Assembly: GCA_002269645.1 (NCBI GenBank)
Contig: NIVC01000190.1
Span: forward strand, 186,001-250,000
DNA from: Macrostomum lignano
Lineage: Eukaryota
Reading direction: 5' to 3'
DNA length: 64,000 bases
The position numbers and the translations under genes were made by a program. The notes below the pieces were generated by a model that saw only the letters and a program-made list of their open reading frames with translations, did not search any database and was not told the origin of the DNA. Below are positions 43,201-56,300 of the stretch, piece by piece (the first letter of the stretch is position 1; every line of letters begins with the position of its first letter).

Positions 43201-46200
43201 GCGGCAAAGACCAGCGAGGCGATCTGAGAGCAGCCAGAGCTTCGGTCAGTTTGCCGCGAATTGCTGGCGAGACCACCTGGTATTTTTAGGCAAATTGAGA
43301 TAATAAATTTGAACAGTAAATTTTGTCCTAAAATGGGAAATCTATCTGTGAATGATCCCCGTGTCAATTCAGAATTGACGAATTGCAATCGAAAATAAAG
43401 GCGATCTTAAATGAAAAAAACAGAATATCTGTAGAGAATTAGGGGAATCCCAGACGTATATTGATGGGAATCTCAGCCGTATAATGAGGGGAATCCCAGC
43501 CATATAATAATGGGAATCCCAGCCGTATAATGAGGGGAATCCCAGCCATAGAATGATGGGAATCCCAGCCGTATAATGATGGGAATCCCAGCCGTATAAT
43601 GATGGGAATCCCAGCCGTATAATGATGGGAATCCCAGCCGTATAATGATGGGAATCCCAGCCATAGAATGAGGGGAATCCCAGTCGTATAAAGAGGGGAA
43701 TCTCAGCCGTATAATGAGGGGAATCCCAGCCGTATAATAAGGGTAATCCCAGCCCAATAAAGGGGAATCCCAGTCGTATAATAAGGGTAATCCCAGCCCA
43801 ATAAAGGGGAATCCCAGTCGTATAATGGGGGGAATCCCAGCCATAGAATGAGGGGAATCCCAGCCGTATAATGAGGGGAATCCCAGCCGTATAAGGAGGG
43901 GAATCCCAGCCTCATAATGAGGGGAATCCCAGCCTCATAATGAGGGGAATCCCAGCCATAGAATAAGGGGAATCCCAGCCATAGAATAAGGGGAATCCCA
44001 GCCATAGAATAAGGGGAATTCCAGTTCTCAGTTGAAAAACATGGAGAATCCCGGTCGAAAAAGTGTAGAATATCCTGGTTGGAAATTTCAGTCTCAGCCT
44101 TCTCACTTGATCTGAAAAATCCACAGCCACGGAGCCAGAAACCTCCACGGAGCCAAGATGCTTAGCCAGCTTAGTCAGCCGCCAACCGTGACAGACAATG
44201 CCCAGTTCGGCTCTGGCAAATGCCAATCGATCAACAGCTTCAACATCGTCAGGGCACTCGTTAACAGCGTCCGACAGAGCGCGCAATCTTCGCTCGGGAT
44301 CGGCGCCGCGCTTAGCCAGAAAATCGCAGTAACGATCGTGAAGCAGTTGAAGCGGGCTTCGCTCACGATCTGCTGATGATGATTCTGCTCCTGCTGTTGC
44401 ACCGCTGCTGGCTAATGCCGATTTTGGCAGGCTTAAAACTGACTCGAACTGGCTGAAAAGCTCCTGGAATTAGATAGCGTATATAAGATATGTCTTTCGG
44501 TAATAAGTATTCTTACTTCTGAAATAAAACCCTGTTTATTAAATAAGTCTACTTAGTTAACTATGGATTAATTTCACAAATAATAAATTAAGTCTGAATA
44601 TTGTACGCGCGCTTCCTTTGATACTCCCCTAATCAGTAGGCCTATAGCTCAACCTCCCTCTTTTTTCTGCCAGTATATGTACTCGTTGATGTACGCCACT
44701 ATGTACGCCTATGTACGCCACTGACAAACCCCAACCCCACCCATGACACTTAAGGCCTAGCCCATCTTAGGATGCTTAGTAGTAGTACATAGATACGTGC
44801 CTAATAAAACCCCACCCAATTAATAGGCCTAGCCTTCCCTTTCTTTGCTCCCGACAGTCTATGTACAAATGCCACTGATAAAACCCCCACCCCAATCAGG
44901 TCTAGCCCTCCCTTTTCAGCCAGTCTATGTACAAATGCCACTGATAAAACCCCCACCCCAATCAGGTCTAGCCCTCCCTTTTCAGCCAGTCTATGTACAA
45001 ATGCCACTGATAAAACCCCCACCCCAATCAGGTCTAGCCCTCCCTTTTCAGCCAGTCTATGTACAAATGCCACTGATAAACCCCCACCCCAATCAGGTCT
45101 AGCCCTCCCTTTTCAGCCAGTCTATGTACACACGCCACTGATAAAACCCCCACCCCAAGCTCTACAGTCAGCCGTGCCCAGACCTTTCTACGCTAGTATA
45201 TGCACACGAGCCTTTTAATAAAACCCCACCCAATCAGAGGCCTAGCACAGCACTCACAATTTCCGACAGTCTACGTACACGCCTTTTCAATAAAACTGCA
45301 CACCACTCAGCAGGCGTAAGCCCTAACTTTTTCTCCACTGGGCTACATGTACAAGCACTTGCTTCTAATGATAAAACCTTATTCTTAATCCCCAAACGCC
45401 GGATTTGCGGGACAAAACCCCGACAACACAAAAAACCACAGCCAGCCTTTCGTTGTTTATTCTTACAGTACGAGCTATCTGGCAAAGTGCGGACAATGCT
45501 AGACATTTTATGAAGTCACTAAAAGCAGCAATATTGAAACACTACTAGCCTCATCAGGTACTCCTTCGCTGGCTTTTTCCATAACATCCAACAATTGCAA
45601 TTGCACTCGAACTCTAGCTTCAGACGTTGTGTAGCGGGTCAACCAAAATTGGCCAGTATCAACAGCTCGACGACTCTGGCGCTGCCTACAAAGTAATTCA
45701 ATTAATTTCGCAAGCGTTTCAGCGTGTCTAGCGTCGGTAGGGTCCGTCAGCTCTAGCACTTTGTCGTAGACATCTGGCAGCTCCTGCTTTAAATGCCGAT
45801 CGTAGTGCGATTCGCAGTACCTAAAATTTGATTTTTTAGCCTTTTTATTAACTGATTAAACATATATTATTATTCGCATAGCCGGTATCAATTACAAGAA
45901 AAAAGCTTTTTAGTGTGACGTTAGTGGTTCTTTTATTCTCCCAGTTCGTCGATTATAACATCTACTAAAAATATTTAATATGTTTTTTATTTATATCAAT
46001 TGGTTTGATTTAAAAAAAAAATGGTTTCATTTTTCAATTTCAATTTTCATTTTCAATTTCATTTTATTGAAAATAGTAAACAATGTTTTGTTTTACTGAA
46101 TGAAAATAGTTATATTTAACATTTTGAATTCTGTGGCTTCGGAGAAGACTGGCGTGGAGTGCGGCTGCTGTTCCTATCGCCAGAAATTTGATTTCCGTAG

Positions 46201-47538
46201 CATTGATAAACAGTAGTTTAAAATCGCTCTCAATTAAGTAGTTTCCCACTAAGGTCATCTTCGAAGCCATTACATCGACACTGCAGCTGTTCGTTACCAA
46301 TTTAACCTGTTTAGCATCAGCTATTTACCACTACATGTACCGTTCGTGTCTGTAAACTACAAATATACATAATCCGTAATCGAATAATCGACTCCGTCAG
46401 TATCGGTCACCACTAACTAGATATTCACCACTAGATATCACCACTAGATATTCGTCACATAAGAAAAATTATAGCATATAGGATAGATAGTAGCTACTTT
46501 ACTTGGATTTCTACTGACTCTACTACTGACTCTACTGACTCTGGATTTCTAGATGGTTAATAAATTCAAGCTTTTAAAACGTAGTAGCAGATAAGTTTTA
46601 TGGCATTTTCAGTAGATGGGCAAAATATTAAAAAAAAAAAACTATTTCGAATGTTTGTAATGCCGTTCAAGAATCACGGGCAGTTATTACATGTTTAAGT
46701 AAAACTAACACGCGGTTAAATATTAGCCGAAAAATTTCTAAGAAAAAGACTGTATTGTTTAAGCAACTGTTTCTAAGAAACAAGCGTGCGTACACTGCGT
46801 ATTAGTCAGTGGCGTACATGGGATTTTGAAAAGGGGGGGATAACTTTTAGGGACAAAATGGTATACTAATAAAATGGTTCTTTTGCAATAATTGCTTAAA
46901 GTATGCATTTAGAAACTACCAAAACCATGTTTATTTAGCTAAAAAACTTTAATTTGTTAAAATCAGAAAAAAACCGGCAGACGTCTGTCCTGTCTGCGGC
47001 ATTTTAGAAACTAGGGATTCACCGGAAATATCGTTTAAAACATTTTAATATTAATTTACGGGTGAAATAAGCCAATTTTTGGCAATTTTGGTAAGTCTAA
47101 GCCGCTTTATTTTGCATTTTTTTCAAAAAACCTAATGCTCGTTTCCTATAAATCATCAAATGGGGGGGATATATCCCCGTATCTCTCCCCCCCCTATTTA
47201 CGCCACTGAGTTTTAGTAATTGACTACCACGTTTCTATGAAAGTAGTTTTCATTTTAAACACGTTTTGCGTTTCTTAGAAAATCCGTTATAAAAAGTCTT
47301 ACTTAGCCATAGCTTTCCAACCCAGCAGTTGCTTAGGCTGATCGGTCGTCGCTTTCCTATAACAGGCCAACGCTTCATCATCGCGTTTCAATCCTTCATA
47401 AGCGGCGCCAAGAAATATATTAGCATTGTAATTGTCTGACGAATCTTTGAGCACAGCCTGGCAGAGTTCCGCCGCTTCGTCGAACCGCTCAGCCGAAAGA
47501 GCTTCGTTAGCCGATTTTAAACGAGCTCGAATCGACAT
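33522..47538 (-). CDS. TTC37: Superkiller complex TPR protein TTC37/SKI3; exons approx. 47538-47303, 45820-~45550, 44463-44107, 43276-42531, 41934-41550, 40968-~40802, 40039-39685, 37606-37383, 37089-36811, 35877-35431, 34682-34395, 34028-33522
   Basis: N-terminal LKSANEAL...[12 protein letters not shown]...YRKA...[10 protein letters not shown], internal [32 protein letters not shown] and [12 protein letters not shown]...VWTALGLFY match TTC37/SKIC3 motifs. A few junctions (near 45550-45460 and 40800-40040) are uncertain. Confidence 0.87.
34725..35415. repeat. (GACA)n microsatellite in a TTC37 intron
   Basis: Directly visible. Confidence 0.95.
35985..36530. repeat. 15-bp minisatellite (GGGTGAGGAGTTTAT) in a TTC37 intron
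   Basis: Directly visible. Confidence 0.93.
37110..37370. repeat. (GTTA)n microsatellite in a TTC37 intron
   Basis: Directly visible. Confidence 0.93.
37675..39655. repeat. 23-bp minisatellite (ATAGGCTACAGACTGCAGTTTAC) in a TTC37 intron
   Basis: About 2-kb array with a higher-order block duplication (variant CAGATTAGTTT recurs). Confidence 0.95.
40090..40735. repeat. 14-bp minisatellite (GGGAATGGGTGTGG) in a TTC37 intron
   Basis: Directly visible; G-quadruplex-prone on the + strand. Confidence 0.92.
41165..41530. repeat. ~30-bp minisatellite (TTCTTCCCATATATATTATCCTCACTCCCA) in a TTC37 intron
   Basis: Directly visible. Confidence 0.85.
42010..42270. repeat. ~30-bp degenerate repeat (TGTGGCGCTT...TTGGCGCTAAAC) in a TTC37 intron
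   Basis: About 8 copies. Confidence 0.8.
43445..44020. repeat. 23-bp minisatellite (GGGGAATCCCAGCCGTATAATGA) in a TTC37 intron
   Basis: About 25 copies. Confidence 0.9.
44860..45140. repeat. 66-bp tandem repeat in a TTC37 intron
   Basis: About 4 near-identical copies of CAGTCTATGTACAAATGCCACTGATAAAACCCCCACCCAATCAGGTCTAGCCCTCCCTTTTCAGC. Confidence 0.88.
46807..47208. mobile_element. ~400-bp MITE-like element in TTC37 intron 1
   Basis: Termini CAGTGGCGTA...TACGCCACTG, each with an adjacent G7 or C-run (subterminal inverted similarity). AGT directly flanks both ends. No ORF. Confidence 0.6.
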
Positions 47539-47744
47539 GATTTTGTTGCTGTTGCTTTTAAAAAATGTTTGTATGGGTCTCCTGTCCTTTCAAGAACAGG
47601 AAATTGAGACAACTATTGCAAAATTAGAGCATTATATTGATCAAACCCAGCGAAATCGTACATCTTAAGCTCGAATTTACTGGGGATAGCTACCGTGATT
47701 AAACTACAAAAACTTAGTTCTTAAAATTTTGACTGCTGATGACA

Positions 47745-48085
47745 TTTGACTACCAGTGACATTTGACTGCCAGTGACATTTGACTACCAGTGACATTTGA
47801 CTGCCAGTGACATTTGACTACCAGTGACATTTGACTGCCAGTGACAATTGACTACCAGTGACATTTGACTACCAGTGACAATTGACTACCAGTGACATTT
47901 AACTGCCAGTGACAGTTTGACTACCAGTGACATTTGACTGCTGATTACATTTGACTGCCAGTGACATTTGACTGCCAGTGACATTTGACTACCAGTGACA
48001 ATTGACTACCAGTGACATTAAACTACCAGTGACATTTAACTGCCAGTGACAGTTTGACTGCCAGTGACAGTTTGACTACCAGTGA
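47745..48085. repeat. 17-bp minisatellite (TGACATTTGACTACCAG) between POLK and TTC37
   Basis: About 20 copies. Confidence 0.9.
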
Positions 48086-48697
48086 CTTTGATAACCGACC
48101 ATTGAGGGTATTGCTAGGTTAAGGTTATGATTAGGGTTTAGAATAAATATTAGGGCCAGGGACAAGTTAAACTAACTAGTTTAATTAGTTTCAGTTGTCC
48201 CTGATTAGGGATCAGGTTAAGGGTTAACATATTCTTTTCTGAATGAAAACCAAAATAAACAAATGAGTTTGCATGCAAAAAGATCAATAAGCTACAGATC
48301 GATGATCTATTCAATTTTACAGATTTATTTTACTCGATTGAACATAAAATTAAAATAATAAATGAAATACAATTTAGAAAAAATCTTAGAATGCAAACAG
48401 TTCAAGTAAACGCAGACAACTGGATAATAAAAATGGCGTCACTTTTGCCATCTGCTGGATAAATAAAACGTAATTTGAATATATACTAGGTAAATTATTA
48501 TAGGTAATGCCACTAATAGTAAAAGTACACGAAATGTTGAAAATAACGCATTTATGCAAGTACGAAAATAGGGTAAAATAAACAAAATGATTTTGAATTT
48601 AAACACGATTGAACAATATGCAACGCAAAATCTAGCTAGTTTAAATGCCCACCTTTCTTGAAGTTGCCTGACATCGTACGGGCGCAACACTAATGAT

Positions 48698-51600
48698 TTA
48701 GTCAGTCTTTGGCTTAGCAAAATAACGCTCAATAGTACCAACGCCGGTTCGTCCATCCGCTGCAATCCTGGCTCGTTTTCCACCGCCGGATGCTGATCCA
48801 CCGGCAGGTCTACCAGACGATGAAGCTGCTTCAATTCGTTTCCGACTACTAGCAGAGTTGGAGCCTGGTGTGAAGCACGCCGAGCCATCGTTTGAATAAT
48901 CGTTAACGGCTGTTTGAATAGCAGATCGACTTAAACAAAAGTCCAGATGACGATTGAGACCCACTAGGCCGCCTGGCTGCGACGCTGAGCAGATTGGGCA
49001 TGACAGTGCAGATTCGCTAGCACTACTGGCGCTAGTCTTTGTTTCAACGCTCGTTGATTCAACTGAGTTGAATTTCGATGCGTTTTCTGATGTTGAACTC
49101 GTCACTGGCGTAGACGATTTTGAAACAGTTTCGTTAGAACTGGAGGAACAAACAGCCGCAGTAGTACTGGTCTTTGTTGAGGTTTCAGCGATAGTCTTTG
49201 TCGATCTGACGAGCAGCTCATCTAACCGAGCCTGCTTTGGTCCTGCACTGCCGACACCGCTGCTGCAGTCAGCAGCAATGACGGCCTTCCTAGGCGTCAA
49301 CGAGGACACCCGGACGCCCAGCAAACGAATACGCGGTGCCGGACGTCCCGGCAGGAACTCCTGGCGCAGCAAAGCCGCGGCAGCTGATTGGATCGCCTGC
49401 ACAGAATCCGTAGCCGAGGGCAAGCCGTGACTTCTAGTGAGCACCTCGAACGTGTCCAGCTTTAATTTAATAGTCACCGTTCGACCAAGGAAGCCGGACT
49501 TGGTCAGGTGTCGCACAAGAGATTCGCACAGCTCCGGAAGTTTCTCGTCTAGTAGCCAGGTTAAACTGTCAGTAGCTTGAAAGGTTCGCTCAACACTGAC
49601 ACTTTTCCTATCGGAGTCCGTTTCGCTGCTAACTGAGCTGCTCGACTGTTCTGTCTGAATATGATGAGAAAAATGCATTTTTTTAACAAAAACATTTTTT
49701 GTTAAAGTAGCTTTTCTAGCAGCATAAATACTCGTATGCATGTGGTGACTTAACAGCACTGCCATAGTCCTTGCCACATACAGTGTGTGATCAACAAGTC
49801 CTACCGGTCTTCTCCAATGCTCCAATTGATTTATAACCCGCTACACTTTTTCTGAGCCCTCCTGATTCTGGCATACTTTTTTAGAAGCCTAGCAAAGTAT
49901 TACAGCTTTGATACGAGCCTGGCTTGAACTAATATTTTGTGCACTTAAACAGAACAACTGCTGAAATGATGTGCAACGAGCTTGAAAACTACTTAAAGTA
50001 GGAATATCTAAATATTTCTGGAGAAATTCTCCAAAGAGGACTAAACTACTGACGTTCCAATAAGTCTCTAACAGACTTCTTATTTCTTTGCCACTAACCC
50101 CACTTTTCTGTGCTTCTTTTATGATTTGATTCCTTCTGCAAATTAGAATTCTGGGACGCAATTATTGAAACTGTCGCAACAATCTTCTTGTCCCAAATAG
50201 CACGGATCCTGCTGTACGAGCTTGTCCGAATATATTTTTTACTCACGAACTTGACCACACACAGGTACACAGATACGTATTCAGGCATACTATTTCCGTC
50301 AGGTACGAGTATGTACACATCTGTGCCTTGGGGGTTTGGCCCTTAGAGGCGTGAATCGCACGCCAAGCCCCAGACTGGCCAATTTCCACGCAAAAGCCTA
50401 AAAGCCACGATGAAAACTATTGCGTACGTTAGAGGATTGACGAAATATAAAAGTACCCTGTGTTCTTGAACTTTTAAGTGTCGATGAGCGACTGGAATTC
50501 CCCTTTAAATTTGATCCTGTGTTACATCAAGACCAAGAATCAAGCTATATTTAGAATACTTATTTGGAAACAACCATCCAGATTTTCAAAAACGAAAATC
50601 AACGAAACAGTGCAAGATATACACCAAAATTGACAGGCAGATACTATTATCTGCTGACAGATTCGTCAGAGTCAGAGATAAACTCAAATGAATGCAACAG
50701 ATGGTCACGATGGACAAGGACGCCTAAACTTAGAAATCTGGACTGGCAACTGAGCTCTCTGGCTGGGCCATTTTGCTACAGTTTTAGGCCTAAGCAAACG
50801 TATAGAAAATTCCAACGCTGATATATATTTATTCCTTTAAGCGCATTTAGTATGACCACATAGATTTGAGGTTTGAGGCTGATGGTGTCATTGTAGTGAC
50901 CCTCGCGAAATTTCTACACCGTACGATGTTTATTTCTATAAAATTCTGCGATAGAGTACCAGATAAATTCTACGAGCTGGAAACTTCTCTCTGTAGCTAT
51001 TTCTAATTTCGTAGCAAATATTTATACTCAATAGATGTTTAATTACTGTAATTTATCATCATGCAAAATATGAATACCGTACGGACTATACTAACTATAG
51101 AATTTGTTTTACTTTACTAAAATGATTCTAGAAATTTCCGGAAGGCCAAATTTAAATTTAATACTAGATATTGATTATATAGTAGCTAAATCAGTTTTTT
51201 TCTCCAAGCTTCTTTCTTCTACACTCCAAGAAACTCAAGTGCTAACAAGAGAAACAAACCGAAGGCGAACCACCCACCGCCTAGCTCTGCCTTATTCCTT
51301 TCACAAGTTGCTACATCATGCAATTCACAGCCACGAGGACGAACCTAAATGCCTGAAGATAAGAAAGTCAGGGATGCTGTACATCCTGTGTGAGTGTGTG
51401 CCTGCGAACAGCATTGGCTCAGGAGTCAGCGCCAATTGCTTCAGCGCTAGCTGCGAGACGGTATCGCCGAAGGCGCTGCGCCAAAGTGCGTACAACTTTC
51501 CATTGTTAATATCCCTGATTGATGCGAAGCTTACCCCATAGCCAAATCCACCAGAAAGGCCAAGGCAGGCCCGCATATAGAATTGATAAGTGAGCGGCCG

Positions 51601-52102
51601 GCAGGCGTGGTACAAAGCGCCACGCTTTCGTACAAATCCGGCAAGTTGACACCAAGACTGTTTAACCAGGCCTCGGTTACGCGACCAATTCCGGGCATTT
51701 TCTCAACCGGAAGGCCTAATAAACTCCAGCACCCGGTCTGAGCTACCGGCAACTCGGTATTGACCGTTGGGCTTGTTAAAATCTGAACAATTTTGGCTAC
51801 CATAGGATTCGGCCCGATGCCAGCGCTTGCGGTCAGGCTGCTGGAGATGAATACTCGATAGCGCAATTCCGCTACAGCTTCAGTGGCGCTAGCGCCGAAT
51901 TGGCGCCTACCGATAGCGCCGCGAGATGACAATTGGGACAGACGCGATTGCGATCGTCTGTTCCCGCTTTGGCATCAAAGCACTCATCGTTAGCGTCTAC
52001 TGCCTTGATAACATCATCTACTTCAGCATCCGGATTTGCGTATAACATCCGCATCTACCTCAGCATCGCGTCGTCTTAACATTCGAATCCGCATCTACCT
52101 CA
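48698..52102 (-). CDS. POLK: Y-family DNA polymerase kappa, 3' part; last exon 49654-48698, preceding exon ~52100-51535 (contains indels); 5' end lies in or beyond the gap
   Basis: FGASATEAVAELRYRVF...LTASAGIGPNPMVAKI(C)SDFNKPNGQY, LPVEKMPGIGRVTE, RKSVSVERTF, GRTVTIKLK...IRLLGVRVSSL, UBZ finger CPIC...LNRHLDFC, and C-terminal PIP-like TIERYF. Confidence 0.9.
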
Positions 52103-53033
52103 NNNNNNNNNNNNNNNNNNNNNNNNNNNNNNNNNNNNNNNNNNNNNNNNNNNNNNNNNNNNNNNNNNNNNNNNNNNNNNNNNNNNNNNNNNNNNNNNNN
52201 NNNNNNNNNNNNNNNNNNNNNNNNNNNNNNNNNNNNNNNNNNNNNNNNNNNNNNNNNNNNNNNNNNNNNNNNNNNNNNNNNNNNNNNNNNNNNNNNNNNN
52301 NNNNNNNNNNNNNNNNNNNNNNNNNNNNNNNNNNNNNNNNNNNNNNNNNNNNNNNNNNNNNNNNNNNNNNNNNNNNNNNNNNNNNNNNNNNNNNNNNNNN
52401 NNNNNNNNNNNNNNNNNNNNNNNNNNNNNNNNNNNNNNNNNNNNNNNNNNNNNNNNNNNNNNNNNNNNNNNNNNNNNNNNNNNNNNNNNNNNNNNNNNNN
52501 NNNNNNNNNNNNNNNNNNNNNNNNNNNNNNNNNNNNNNNNNNNNNNNNNNNNNNNNNNNNNNNNNNNNNNNNNNNNNNNNNNNNNNNNNNNNNNNNNNNN
52601 NNNNNNNNNNNNNNNNNNNNNNNNNNNNNNNNNNNNNNNNNNNNNNNNNNNNNNNNNNNNNNNNNNNNNNNNNNNNNNNNNNNNNNNNNNNNNNNNNNNN
52701 NNNNNNNNNNNNNNNNNNNNNNNNNNNNNNNNNNNNNNNNNNNNNNNNNNNNNNNNNNNNNNNNNNNNNNNNNNNNNNNNNNNNNNNNNNNNNNNNNNNN
52801 NNNNNNNNNNNNNNNNNNNNNNNNNNNNNNNNNNNNNNNNNNNNNNNNNNNNNNNNNNNNNNNNNNNNNNNNNNNNNNNNNNNNNNNNNNNNNNNNNNNN
52901 NNNNNNNNNNNNNNNNNNNNNNNNNNNNNNNNNNNNNNNNNNNNNNNNNNNNNNNNNNNNNNNNNNNNNNNNNNNNNNNNNNNNNNNNNNNNNNNNNNNN
53001 NNNNNNNNNNNNNNNNNNNNNNNNNNNNNNNNN
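52103..53033. other. Assembly gap (931 N)
   Basis: Run of N. Confidence 1.
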
Positions 53034-53325
53034 AAGAGTTGGTCAAATGGCAGAGAAACATAACAGATGCCATGCTGCAGTACAATCATGTAATGAGCAA
53101 GCAATACTTGTTTATAGGCAAAGTTTTATTACTCAAGCGTGACTAAGCTATAAAGTTACTTTATGCTTTGGCTAAGTCTTCCGCGTTGGTTAACATGCCG
53201 TTTAAGCCATATTTATATGCAATAAGGCGCAAGGAGAAACTAATTAATCACTAAGCGCATTTATAAAATAAAAACTGCGCTAAGAGCTCATGAAATTTTA
53301 ATTCAAACCACTAATGCCTTTTCAG

Positions 53326-56300
53326 AAGATCTGACAATTTGTCGCCACACGTTGGCTGGCTTGGAGTTTGAAGGCGTCACAAGCGAAGCGTTAGTCTACG
53401 ACCTCAACACGCTCGTGACAAAACGCTCTCGTGTATTAACTGGAGTCAGGCTAGACGCGAACTGCACCAGTTATTTAACAACAACATATCAAAGCTGGCG
53501 CCAGATTGGAATCACAGTCGATGCAGAACGCCACCATTCGATCATTGGACTGTACATGCGTTTAAGAAATCGATTGGTAAGTGACGCTTTGATTTCATCT
53601 GCATTTACACCCCTCTCTCATAAATCGAACCCCAGAACAAACATCTTCCTTTTGAAGAGACCGAGTGCGTCACGCAGGAACAAACAAGCCATCTACATGG
53701 GAAACATTAGTTTGGGAAAGTTGGCAAGCCATGCTTGAACTGGGCCGATCTGCAGAACAAACGACTTGACGCGCACTATAGAAATCTTAATGCCAACTTA
53801 TGAATATAAAGCTACCAGAGATAAAGAACACGTCCAAAATACAATATGTGCCGTTCAGCTGTCGTTCTGTACAAAGATCTGGTCTGCAAACAGCTAGGAT
53901 GGAGAAGCGACAGCTCACTATTTATAGATGGCGAGGAGATTGCCGATATTGAAAATCAACCTTGGTGCCTGGTGTCCGGTCAAGGCGGCAACATTAGCAA
54001 GGAGTTTTGCGCGATTCACAGCTGCGGTAAGCTTTGCAGAACTATGTACGGTAAGCTTAATAAGTAGTTAAAAGTAATTCCATATTCGCAGTTACTCTGA
54101 CAACACCGTATTCATCTTAACTAATCGAAAAATACAACGGATTTCAGCCAATAACATACAGAGCATCTACGGAGTTATGCACATAAAACACAAGCCGTAC
54201 ATACTTTCTAAACTACTTGGTCACGAGAGCAAGTCAGAAATACTGGACTGCCAGTTCGGCTCGGTGAAGTGCACTTCGGCAGACTTCGATACCCTGCACC
54301 ATCCGTACTACGGGGCTTGTTTCAAGTTCAAAAGCGAACGCTTCCTACGTGGCCTAACCCCGAAGCAGCAAGCGAGACGAAAGTTAAACATTCGACTATT
54401 CGCGGACGATCACAGCTATAAAGGCCAGACAACACCAAGCTATGAGCACATAAAAGGCATAGTAGCTGGACCGGCTAGTCGGGAAGAATTACGGCAAGCC
54501 GGTTATTACACATTTATCCTACCACCAGGACATTTTCCAGTAATTGGCCAGGCTCACACGGCTAACACTGGCAGCCACATTGAGTTCAAGATTGCTTACG
54601 AGAGAAACAAACGCGTACCTGTTAAAGATTCGAATTGTATCGTCTCGGAACAAACTGACGATCAAGATAGCGTTGAGTATTTCATTCCTACCTGGTCTTC
54701 AGAGGGTAGACCAATAAAGGACCGGCAGATGGACAGACAGAACAAACTGACGGAAACTATGGATAATCTAGATCCGTCGTATGGGTAAGCAGGTCTATAA
54801 CTTCACTGGAAAGATATGCGAGATGAATTCCCTAATAAGACTAAGCGCTCTTTTGAAACCTATGTAGTATCTGTATGCTCATACAGAAGAGATTATACAG
54901 ATTAGCCATACCTTATCCACTTTACATAGAAATCAGTAGATACGCCGACAGAGTCTGCGTAAAACACGAATTTTTGTGAAATGTGAGACCGGATGCTGAT
55001 TAGGTAGAACTCATTCAAACTTGATGTTCTACTATAAACATGTAAGAACTGATTGCACTTTTTTGCAGCGATGTTAACAACCTAACGATGAAATTCCGAA
55101 ACACACAAGAAACCTGCATCAATGACTACGTTTTGGCGAAGTTCATTAAACGTTGCGAGTGTCTACCATACTTTCTGCCAATACCAACCAAGTACCTAAA
55201 GTATCCGTGGTGCTACCAATGGAATAAGAGCGGCACGGACGACTATGGGCCGGCGATGCGCAGGCTTATTAAAGACGACGCCTGTTCTGCCGAGTTAATC
55301 AACAGTCTGGAAGACATTAGCAGCGAAGGCTGGAATCATTGCACTGTCAATTGCGAGATTGAGCGCTACAACATCCAACAGGTAAGTTGTAGACGTCAAC
55401 GGTAAGCTTTTTAATTTCATTCAAATGACCACTCGCAACTAATTAAGGTATGACTAAAACAAGCCCTTCTCTGCACCGACATGCTAAGTACAGTCAGATT
55501 GATCACGAAGAAACAATCGAAAAGTTTGCGCGTACTAATAAGCTAATGAAAGAAAATCCGACAAAAAGCAGATTAGATCTTACATCAAACAAACTTTTTG
55601 CAGATTGTGGTTTTTCAGCCAAAGAAGACTTCGAAGCTTCTCGAAAGACAAAAACTTGTGTGATGCACTCACTCGTCTTTTAGAAAATTAAAGGCGATAT
55701 GGTTAACACGACTCAAAGGGTTTGAACATGACTCAAAAGCGACAAATGAATAACATGTCTAGCGACCCAGATAAACATACGCATTAGTAAATCAGTAAAA
55801 GTAAAAACAGTAGAAATCTAGCATTCATGATTACTTTTATTTGTCTTACCAATGAATGGAACAAAATATTATTTTAGTCTCAACCCTATCCTTCATTAAA
55901 CAGATTAACAAATACTGGCCGGACATATTCTACCATGGATTCATGACAACCCTGCAAAAGCTGCTCACGCTGAAAGGCTTTCCCAAGACAGTCAGCCCGG
56001 AGCTTGGCCTATCAATGCTATTCTACACACACGAGAAAGCCAGATCCATTTCAACAACGGAGAATGCCAGTATTGTGCAGACAATGCAACAAATGATCGA
56101 CGCGGCTAGAAGCAATCTAGTTTGGATAACAATCGGCAGTGCGGTTGAACACGGTCTAATGATCGAGGAGGAGATCTCCTACACGGCTAATAATCTACTA
56201 GCCGAGATGGGCGGCGCTCTGGGCCTATGGTGCGGCATATCGCTTTTGACATTCTGCGAACTGCTAGAACTAGCTGTCTACGTGGGCCTGGCTTACTGCA

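Noticed and set aside
43445-44020. About 25 tandem NF-kB-like sites (GGGGAATCCC)
   Set aside because: The motif match follows from a single repeat unit among many arbitrary units in this window, and there is no independent evidence of regulatory use.
52036-53142. ORFs spanning X runs
   Set aside because: Artefacts of the N gap.
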